Part shown: in pieces, positions 49,061-56,296 of the stretch
Position numbering within the stretch: position 1 is the stretch's first letter
How the letters are laid out: each line of letters begins with the position of its first letter
Assembly (NCBI GenBank): GCA_964354405.1
Contig: CAYGZP010000002.1
Location: forward strand, 135,671-191,966
Origin: Candidatus Woesearchaeota archaeon
GTDB taxonomy: Archaea > Nanobdellota > Nanobdellia > Pacearchaeales > UBA284
Reading direction: 5' to 3'
Length of the DNA stretch: 56,296 nt
Notes under the pieces: model-generated
The model's input: the letters and a program-made list of their open reading frames with translations, nothing else
Told to the model about the DNA's origin: nothing
Databases searched by the model: none
Made by a program: the position numbers and the translations under genes

Positions 49061-49666
49061 TTAATATTTAGCTGCAGCAGTAAAAGTCCAGGTGTCTGTC
49101 TTACTTCCAGGAGGCGTGTTATCTGCGATTTCTAGATAGCATCCAACCCACATCTCATCTGCTGTATCCAAAGGGGATAAATTAGAGCATATTTGAGCAT
49201 TCCCCGATGTATTAATTTCTATACCGGGATATAAAGCTGCTGTAGGAATTCCTGTGCATGCCACTCCGTCTTTGTTGCCTGCAAATATTTTGTAAGCCTG
49301 TCTTGTTCCACCGCCAAGGAAAGTACTCGTGTTCTTACCCGAAGACACATTAACTGTTATATTTACATTTCCATCATTCTGTATAGACATATTAGTTGTT
49401 TCTCCTGTCCCGTTCCAGTTTGTTATTGTTGAGTTGCTCGCCAATATAGCATAAGTATAGCTCGCGTTTACAGCTCCACTTCCGAAGTCACAGTCAACTG
49501 CTGTAACGTTAAGATTAGTCCAATTCGAGATAGTTACATTGACAAAACCACTGGTTCCAAAGCCGCTCATTAAGTTAAGCCTAGCAATGCTGTATAAGGT
49601 TCCTCCAAGAGACACTAACATAGCTACTATAAGAAGTACAGCTAAAAATCTGTTTGATAAATCCAT
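49061..49666 (-). CDS. Putative filament/surface subunit B (paralog of A)
   Basis: Same motifs as A; 55 bp identical between 49105-49159 and 48276-48330. Confidence 0.7.
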   Translation of the reverse strand: MDLSNRFLAVLLIVAMLVSLGGTLYSIARLNLMSGFGTSGFVNVTISNWTNLNVTAVDCDFGSGAVNASYTYAILASNSTITNWNGTGETTNMSIQNDGNVNITVNVSSGKNTSTFLGGGTRQAYKIFAGNKDGVACTGIPTAALYPGIEINTSGNAQICSNLSPLDTADEMWVGCYLEIADNTPPGSKTDTWTFTAAAKY

Positions 49667-49755
49667 TTTCTCTTTTTTGTTACTTTTGTTTAAATTTAAT
49701 TATAAATTTAGTATGATTTTTATTATCTGATTTGCCTTCTCTTTGATTTGTCTTC

Positions 49756-49992
49756 TTACTCCCTCGGGATTATGCTAACACTTACGCCAGCAACCGCGTT
49801 TGATTTGGAGTTTTGAGAGCTTGGAATCACTTCCACATTAACTTGTCCTTGGCTGTTGACTCCTGCTCCTTTTGACTTGCCTGTAGTTAAACTGTCTACT
49901 GTTTTTAAAACAACCCAAGTTCCAATTAATGAAATTATGATAGTAGCTATAAGAAGAACAACCACAAATGTTTTTGAAATATCCTTTGGCAT
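49756..49992 (-). CDS. Mini subunit-like membrane protein
   Basis: Shares the DIS...SLIGT anchor and GQVNVEV strand with subunits A/B but has no globular domain. Confidence 0.65.
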   Translation of the reverse strand: MPKDISKTFVVVLLIATIIISLIGTWVVLKTVDSLTTGKSKGAGVNSQGQVNVEVIPSSQNSKSNAVAGVSVSIIPRE

Positions 49993-50098
49993 TTTCCTCT
50001 TTTACTATCCCTTTTTTTATTCTATAGTATTTAAATTCTCGCGGTATTTAAATATTTCTGTATTCGATAATCTCTGTTAAAATTATCAGATTTTTTAG

Positions 50099-50623
50099 TT
50101 ATTTTTTGTTATCACCATACTGCGATGCTATTATTTTTGTGTCATTGCTCTCATTCAGCTCGAGACTTTCATCAAGCTCCAGGACTGCCTGTCCTGTCTT
50201 AACAAAGTTCCTGAAAAACTCCAATAAGATAGCGATATTGCCTTCATTCCTTATTTTCCCCGCTCCATTTTCATCTTCTTCAACAGCCACAGCGACTTTT
50301 GAATCAACACTAAAGCTGTTAATCGGACTCAAAAACTCGGTTTTCCAGTAATACTCTCCTGGTTCAAGTTTAACTGCCCTGTTCTTTTCTATAATAAGGG
50401 GCGAACTAAATTCTAAATTGTCATCAATAAATGCTTTAGAAGCAAATCCAGTCCATCCAAATTCAATATTCGTAGCTGTCGTATGTGTTCCATTTTTGGG
50501 ATTTAAAGGAAAATTAATAAAAAGAAGTGCGAGAATCAGCACAGAGACAGCTATTGGAAAAACCATCAATATTTTTTCTTTATTTTTCCCTTGACTTTCT
50601 CCTTGACTTATTCTATTTTTCAT
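50099..50623 (-). CDS. Membrane-anchored protein (surface locus)
   Basis: ATGA overlap at 50620-50623 gives the start; TM; LEPGEYYWK; IRNEGN. Confidence 0.65.
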   Translation of the reverse strand: MKNRISQGESQGKNKEKILMVFPIAVSVLILALLFINFPLNPKNGTHTTATNIEFGWTGFASKAFIDDNLEFSSPLIIEKNRAVKLEPGEYYWKTEFLSPINSFSVDSKVAVAVEEDENGAGKIRNEGNIAILLEFFRNFVKTGQAVLELDESLELNESNDTKIIASQYGDNKK

Positions 50624-51936
50624 TTTTCTTTTTTTATTGCTCCTTTCCTTGTTTTCTCGAGTTGTTTTCTCTTTTTGAAATAAATCAGCCACACCAAGTT
50701 CAGCAGAATAAGAGCAGCAATTAACACGATTAATAGTGGATTAATATTGAACTTTTTGCCCCCGAGTTCTGAAATCGCCCCTCCAGTCACGCCAATAATT
50801 TCAAATTCCATACTATCTTGGGTCTTTCTTAATCTAAATTGTTTTTCAAAGCTTTTATCATTATAGTGCATAATTATTTTCCCGGTATAGTTGCCAAATT
50901 TTATCCCTACATTATCCCAATAGGCATAGATTCCCTCTGTTGTCCCTGAATCAAGATCAATGGCTGCGGATTTGAATTCACTGACAAAGTCACCATTCTC
51001 TTTTGTAACAATAAGATGGCCATAAATATTTTTTAGTTGCTCATTCCATTTATTTTCTACAACAATTATAACCCTACTTATTTGTTCAGGATTATAATCC
51101 TTGACATAAATTTGTCTAAGCAAAAGCTCAGTCTGCCCTACTTCAAATGGTTTCTCCAGAACAACTTTCTTGCCAGCATAATACACTGTAGCGCGGGCAA
51201 TATAACTCCCTTCTTCCTTAGCCTGCCATATCACCACCAACTCCCCTCTTTTTCCTGATTCAATTAACTTTTCATCAGTTTGTATTTTTTCAATAATCTT
51301 GTTTTCTTTGATGATTTCTATATCTGCTTTCGCGTTTACATTATCTGTGCCCATATTACTCAACTGTAAAATAAAACTGGTATTTTCACTTAATCCCGCA
51401 GCTTCGCTGATTTCAAAATTGCCTTCGAGATAAGCCCCAGGATAAGGCACATGAACATAAAGCTGGCTTGCAACACCAATAACCGCGCTAACTTGCGAGC
51501 CCTCTCCATTAGCCGAGTCAGCCGGGTTTCCTAAAGGAACATCTGTAGCGATTATATTTGCCTGATGCAATCCCGGCTTTCCAAGAGACGCGGGCAAAGT
51601 TACAGTATAATAAAATTCTTTCTCAGGCTCATCCTCATTGAAAGTAATAGAGCTTTGATTCAATTTGACATATTGGGCAAGCTCGCCGCTCACATTCAGC
51701 TCAACATTCATGTTCTTGAATTCATTATTGACAACTTTCAGATAAACAACTTGTTGCATGCCTGACTCAAAATTCATGTTAATCCTGCCAGGAGTGATTC
51801 CAATTGCGGAAACTAAATTAATGTTTGATAAAACTATAAGTATGACAAGCGCAGCTAAAGCAAAGAGGCTTGTCCATCTAATCCTTACCTCTTCTCTTGC
51901 TTTTCTTGTTTCTTTTTTCTTCTCTTTCATTTCCAT
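50620..51936 (-). CDS. Exported multi-Ig protein with C-terminal TM (paralog of 46967-48199)
   Basis: VSAIGITPG signal cleavage, VPYPG, C-terminal TM. Confidence 0.65.
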   Translation of the reverse strand: MEMKEKKKETRKAREEVRIRWTSLFALAALVILIVLSNINLVSAIGITPGRINMNFESGMQQVVYLKVVNNEFKNMNVELNVSGELAQYVKLNQSSITFNEDEPEKEFYYTVTLPASLGKPGLHQANIIATDVPLGNPADSANGEGSQVSAVIGVASQLYVHVPYPGAYLEGNFEISEAAGLSENTSFILQLSNMGTDNVNAKADIEIIKENKIIEKIQTDEKLIESGKRGELVVIWQAKEEGSYIARATVYYAGKKVVLEKPFEVGQTELLLRQIYVKDYNPEQISRVIIVVENKWNEQLKNIYGHLIVTKENGDFVSEFKSAAIDLDSGTTEGIYAYWDNVGIKFGNYTGKIIMHYNDKSFEKQFRLRKTQDSMEFEIIGVTGGAISELGGKKFNINPLLIVLIAALILLNLVWLIYFKKRKQLEKTRKGAIKKEK

Positions 51937-51955
51937 TTTATTCTAAATTTTATTT

Positions 51956-53560
51956 TTATTCCGCGACATCCTCGAAAAATCCTGTTAATGTTACAGTAGC
52001 ACTCTTCGAGCCCGAAGGCTCATAACCGATAGGAGTAAGATTAACATCAAGCTCAGCGCTGTCATTAGTGTCAGTATAGCCAAATTTGCTTAAAACATCA
52101 TCTATCGTTAGTGCAATTGGAACATTAGCCCAACTTTTGACACTCTCTGTCCAGTTGAACGAGTTTTGTTCAAGATAATCGAACTTATATCGATAGGATT
52201 CATTAGTGCTTGGAGTAGACGCCCACAATTGTGTACTGTAAATACTGACATTATTGTAACAGTTCCCATCATTCTGTATTGAAATTGGATAAGGTGAATT
52301 ATCAACAGTATCATTTGTGGTTCCAGGATTCATCGAGCCAAAGTCAGATGTCGAGTTAATTGTACTTATTGAAACAAGCGAGTCAATGTAAAGTTTCCAT
52401 ACAGAACTTTCCGGCCCATATTCAAAGCCATCCCATGCGCGCACACTCCAGTTATAATATTCAGAAGTGTCCCAGAAATTCTTGAGAACAGTTGTCGGAG
52501 TGTACTCTAAATCTTCAATATCTTCTACATATCTTCCGTCAATAGGCGAGCAGCTTCCTCCGCCGCTGTTCCAGCAGGTCGTATTCCAAGTGTAGTTCAA
52601 GGAATCTCCGTCAGCGTCACTCGCGGCAGTCCAGTTGAACAAAGGCATTCTTATAGTTGTGTGATTCACAGTTTCATTTCCATTCGAAGGCCCTGTTAAT
52701 GTGGGGGCAGTTGGCTTGGTATTCTCAAGGAAAGTTCTATACTCACTTACATTCGAGCCGCCAGCAGTAGTATTTGCATAAACTTTATACCAGTATCTTG
52801 TGCCATCAATTGTTGTCATATTAAGCTCGCACAAAATACTCTCGCCAGAGCCTATTTTTGTCATAGTCAAATTATACACACTCCCGTTATTCCATTCAAG
52901 AGTGCATGTATCTATACTCGCTGATGCTGCAGTAATATTTGCAGTAATATTGGCATAATTCACTATATTTCTTGAATTATTGGCGGGTGTAGGCGGAGTG
53001 ACAAAAACTATTGTAGGTGCAGATGAAATGCGGCAGCAAACTTTTTTATCGTACTGCGAGCATGGTCCTATATGCGAATTTGTTTCATTGTTATCAGCAC
53101 TCTCGCTTGAAGCTATAGATGCTATACATTCAAAATCCTCAGAACAAGAACCAAGGGGATAATAACAACCGATATAAAAACCTTCAGCAGACATACAAAC
53201 ACCATAAGAATAAATGCTTCCGAGCCCGCTATAATTGCCTATTTGCACATGAGCGTTTGTCTGGCCTGAAAGTTTTAAGACAGAAGTGCCACAATCATGA
53301 TTTAATGTTGCAGTGGCATTACAACATAAATAATATTGATAATTAGTCTCGTTCCACCATTCTGCATGCGCATTGTAATAGCCCCCTGTTTCATTTTCCA
53401 TTCGCAAGACAATGAAACTGCTTCCGTCACAGTCAGAACTAACACTACAGTTAAAATCATCAGCTCTTGCATTATTAACCTCAAGAATAGAAATCGTAAA
53501 AAAGATTATAAATAAGAGAATAGATAAAAGTGATACTAAATTTTCCCTGCCTTTCACCAT
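51956..53560 (-). CDS. Putative adhesin: Cys-rich N-domain, Ig/FN3-like domains, C-terminal subunit-like domain
   Basis: Signal peptide; DADGDSLNY and VRAWDG; C-terminal SDFGS...SIQNDGN...GSKSATVTLTG. Confidence 0.65.
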   Translation of the reverse strand: MVKGRENLVSLLSILLFIIFFTISILEVNNARADDFNCSVSSDCDGSSFIVLRMENETGGYYNAHAEWWNETNYQYYLCCNATATLNHDCGTSVLKLSGQTNAHVQIGNYSGLGSIYSYGVCMSAEGFYIGCYYPLGSCSEDFECIASIASSESADNNETNSHIGPCSQYDKKVCCRISSAPTIVFVTPPTPANNSRNIVNYANITANITAASASIDTCTLEWNNGSVYNLTMTKIGSGESILCELNMTTIDGTRYWYKVYANTTAGGSNVSEYRTFLENTKPTAPTLTGPSNGNETVNHTTIRMPLFNWTAASDADGDSLNYTWNTTCWNSGGGSCSPIDGRYVEDIEDLEYTPTTVLKNFWDTSEYYNWSVRAWDGFEYGPESSVWKLYIDSLVSISTINSTSDFGSMNPGTTNDTVDNSPYPISIQNDGNCYNNVSIYSTQLWASTPSTNESYRYKFDYLEQNSFNWTESVKSWANVPIALTIDDVLSKFGYTDTNDSAELDVNLTPIGYEPSGSKSATVTLTGFFEDVAE

Positions 53561-53644
53561 TTTTCACTTATTAGACAAAATATAAAGATTGCTTGCTCTT
53601 CTTTTTGTTTTTGGTTATATCGCTTGTTGTTTTTGTTCTTATTG

Positions 53645-53902
53645 TTATTTTTGCTGCAAACAGCTGATATCAACAACTTGCCTTGTTTCATTGCCTACAG
53701 TCATAGTCGCTATCTGGCAGTTTGCTGTCTGGTTGTACATTGTTGTTATTACATCTGTAAGCCCTAGCTGATAACCGCTCGCGAATGCGTTTTGCAATTG
53801 ATTCATCTGCCGTGTCTGCAATTTATCTACGATAATATAAGTTATCGCTGCAACTAAAAGCAAAGCCAACACAATCAAGATTATAGCCTGTTTTTTTTCC
53901 AT
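53645..53902 (-). CDS. Small membrane-anchored protein
   Basis: N-terminal TM; one Cys pair. Confidence 0.65.
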   Translation of the reverse strand: MEKKQAIILIVLALLLVAAITYIIVDKLQTRQMNQLQNAFASGYQLGLTDVITTMYNQTANCQIATMTVGNETRQVVDISCLQQK

Positions 53903-54077
53903 TTTTTTTAATTAAACTAAATTAAGAATAATTATGAAGCCATATTTAAATAACTTGTGATTGATATGCTAAACTCGCAATAAAATTATTTAAATTTAAA
54001 TAATAATTTCTGACACTAGATAATGCACTGTCAAAATAACTAATAAAGCGCCCTTGGCCAAGTGACTTTAACAAAAA

Positions 54078-55187
54078 TCAACTTTCTATTTTTTGTTTTT
54101 TGCTATAAACTGCGTGCAGGGGGAAAAAATCATAATAATGGTTTTCATCAAACCATGCACATTTAAAATCCTTCAGGGCGAGCTTTGTCCTGCTGGCCAT
54201 GGCGAGAGCATAAATAAGAAGCTGGTTAATGGCATTTACTTTATTAGATTCAGGCTTATAATCAAGAATGTGAATCATGCCATTTCTTATCTGCAAAACA
54301 TCGATGTGCCCGGTGATGGGCGTATGCAAGTTATCAAAGTTGAGTATGAATCCTTTAGATTTAAAATATTGAATATCGTCATGTGTCAGATAAACAGGAA
54401 CTTCAATAGCAACAGAACATGAGTCATTTGCCAGCATAAAATTCTGAATCGCCTGATGCCTCTCCTTGTTGCTTTTTGCAAGATGAAGCGCCAACGCCGC
54501 AAGCTTATTTGCGGCATTCTGTTTGTTCTGCTTAATAAAAGGCAGTGTATTAAACTTCGCCTGTGATGACCGGCTTAACGGTTCCTGTAATTCCTGTAAT
54601 TGCCACTGCACATCTTTGTTTTGGTTGAATATATGATGCGGAAACTTATCAGATTTAATTCTCTCAAGATATTCCTTAACAGGCTGCTCGAATTTCCTAA
54701 TGTCTGAAAATGAATTGTTGTAGTTTTTATCCTCGAATAACAATGCGAGCTTTGCCTCATGAATTTTGAACACACAAGGCAGATTATTGTGCATAAATTC
54801 ATGGCTCTCAATCATCTCGCCAGGCTTGAATGTTCTGACTGCATTTTCCCTAATATGATGAAACGGGCAGGCTTCCTTAAATTCCTTAATCCAATTTGAT
54901 ATTGTTTTTTGTGATGGCTTTATCTTGAACCTTTTCGCGAGCATATCAGCAACCCTGGTTTGCGGGTATCCTTCATTATAGAGAGAAATGGAATTAAGGA
55001 TTGCCTTGATAGGGTAGCTTTTTCCCTTTGTTTGACTCTGCAATGTAAATGTTTTTTCACATTCTTTGCAGAAATATTTTTGAAATGATTGAAGCTGATT
55101 TCTCTTGATTCCTGCCTTCTTTATATTCTTCGAAGCACAATTAGGGCAGGAAATAGAGGATATTTCGGTTATCTTGGGATATTTCAT
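54078..55187 (-). CDS. InsA-like Zn ribbon + HTH + C-terminal PD-(D/E)XK nuclease
   Basis: CPNC...CKEC; PSQKTISNWI HTH; AIEVPVY...TGHID...LDYKP...QLLIYA. Confidence 0.8.
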   Translation of the reverse strand: MKYPKITEISSISCPNCASKNIKKAGIKRNQLQSFQKYFCKECEKTFTLQSQTKGKSYPIKAILNSISLYNEGYPQTRVADMLAKRFKIKPSQKTISNWIKEFKEACPFHHIRENAVRTFKPGEMIESHEFMHNNLPCVFKIHEAKLALLFEDKNYNNSFSDIRKFEQPVKEYLERIKSDKFPHHIFNQNKDVQWQLQELQEPLSRSSQAKFNTLPFIKQNKQNAANKLAALALHLAKSNKERHQAIQNFMLANDSCSVAIEVPVYLTHDDIQYFKSKGFILNFDNLHTPITGHIDVLQIRNGMIHILDYKPESNKVNAINQLLIYALAMASRTKLALKDFKCAWFDENHYYDFFPLHAVYSKKQKIES

Positions 55188-55287
55188 GGATTACACTGGG
55201 TTAAGTTATATTTAATATTTTCTGTTCGGGCGACTATTATTACTGACAGAAACGACTAAAATTATTAGTAGCTCGACTGCCTAGATT

Positions 55288-55549
55288 TACTAATAATTAC
55301 TAATAATGTTATTGAATGGTCGTTATTGAATGGTTGTTATTGAATGGTTGTTATTGAATGGTCATTAGATATCATTGCAGAACAACTTAAAAATGAGATA
55401 ATCATTAGATAATTGTGAGATAATCATGAGATAATCGTGAGATAATCAGTAGTAAAATAGTAAATCCAGAGTAAAAATCCAGAGTAAATTACCCTATATT
55501 ACCTTACGAAAGTTCGCATTAACCGCGTCAAGTATGCGTAAGTATGCGT
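55288..55549. repeat. Stack of five different short tandem repeats
   Basis: TACTAATAAT x2 (55288); GTTATTGAATGGTY x4 (55308-55363); TGAGATAATCA-like x5 (55394-55448); AAATCCAGAGTAA x2 (55462-55487); AAGTATGCGT x2 (55530-55549). Confidence 0.9.
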
Positions 55550-55619
55550 TCTAGTTTTGTGGGTTGTAGTTGTGTTTGCAGTCTCTCCATATTGAAAATG
55601 TGTTATCTCTGCACAACAC

Positions 55620-56296
55620 TTATATTGTAATTACCACGTTTCCAGAATTATCTGTGTAAATGCCTGCTCCGCCCGAAGCAGCAGTTGCATTTATTGTTCC
55701 ATTAACCTCCAATTTATATGTCGGGCTTGTTGTTCCGATACCGACGTTGCCTGTAGTATTAATAAACAAATGCCTGTATCCTAATGCCCCAGCCAAACTA
55801 ATTCCGTTGACGGCTGCTATTGCCCCCCCATTAGCTGCTGTATTAGCAAAAGCGGCATCAATTTCCATTTGATTTCCCTGACGATATATTTCTGCGTAGC
55901 CACTGGCTAATTGAACTTTGTTATTAGCATCAGTATAAACTTCAAGTTTTGTCGCAGGACTCGCCGTCCCGATGCCGACGTTGCCGGTGCTTCCTAAAAA
56001 CGTAGCTATTGGAGAATTTTTCCCATTATATACAACCAAATCTCTATAATATGTCGCTCCTCCCTGATAACCAGCATAATTTAACCACAATGCTTTATTG
56101 TCCCCATTATAACTATAACCACCATTTATTGAATTACCCATAAGATATACAGAATCACTATGTCCAGCAACATTATCACCAAAAATAGAATTAACAATAG
56201 CACCATTATCTTCATAAACATGCAACTTCGCCCCCGGCACCGTCGTCCCGATGCCGACGTTGCCGCTTCCTAATATTGTCATCCTTTCTTGACTAT
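55620..56296 (-). CDS. GNVGIGT-repeat fibre/adhesin-like protein, partial (5' end outside window)
   Basis: Three GNVGIGTxxPxxKLxV repeats; frame stays open to the window edge. Confidence 0.8.
   Translation of the reverse strand, partial: SQERMTILGSGNVGIGTTVPGAKLHVYEDNGAIVNSIFGDNVAGHSDSVYLMGNSINGGYSYNGDNKALWLNYAGYQGGATYYRDLVVYNGKNSPIATFLGSTGNVGIGTASPATKLEVYTDANNKVQLASGYAEIYRQGNQMEIDAAFANTAANGGAIAAVNGISLAGALGYRHLFINTTGNVGIGTTSPTYKLEVNGTINATAASGGAGIYTDNSGNVVITI

Noticed and set aside
48969..49124. DGR template/variable repeat pair
   Set aside because: Differences are not adenine-specific, there is an indel, and no reverse transcriptase is in the window
54000..55260. Classical IS element with terminal inverted repeats
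   Set aside because: No DDE, HUH or serine catalytic domain; only weak TGACA/TGTCA matches and no target duplication found
55288..55549. CRISPR or mini-CRISPR beside the nuclease
   Set aside because: Repeats are head-to-tail without spacers and differ from block to block

Overview
This is a chromosomal segment of a DPANN archaeon, most likely Pacearchaeota-like. The evidence is an archaeal RNA polymerase operon with split B''/B' but fused A'-A'', plus dph5, Rpp30, TrmB and tRNAs without encoded CCA. Left to right: (1) 1-10.9 kb, Cys-rich exported/membrane-anchored surface proteins, one split by a single in-frame TGA; (2) 11-17.3 kb, an MNT-HEPN pair, dph5, a PlsC-like acyltransferase, radical SAM, methyltransferase, TatD and an intact-motif GGDEF protein; (3) tRNA-Arg(TCT) and tRNA-Cys(GCA), the latter carrying a ~14.7 kb tyrosine-integrase island bounded by a 15-bp direct repeat (17825-17839 / 32518-32532). 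The island holds an HEXXH protein, two CX5R phosphatases, a ~570-bp drifting 10-13-bp repeat array with tandem hairpins, a glycosylase-like gene, a type III R-M system followed by an internally duplicated Cas4-like nuclease, a DUF5677/HEPN-like gene, a dif-like site and a stand-alone MCM-type winged helix; (4) TrmB, rpoH-B''-B'-A, L30e, NusA, HemK-like, a second MNT-HEPN pair, an N-terminal-only Dph2, Rpp30, DUF357 and tmk; (5) 46.5-53.9 kb, a co-oriented locus that looks like an undescribed donor-strand-type fimbrial/surface-filament system; (6) a Zn-ribbon/HTH/PD-(D/E)XK nuclease with a stack of different short tandem repeats upstream, and a partial GNVGIGT-repeat fibre gene. All calls rest on motif recognition by eye; no searches were run.
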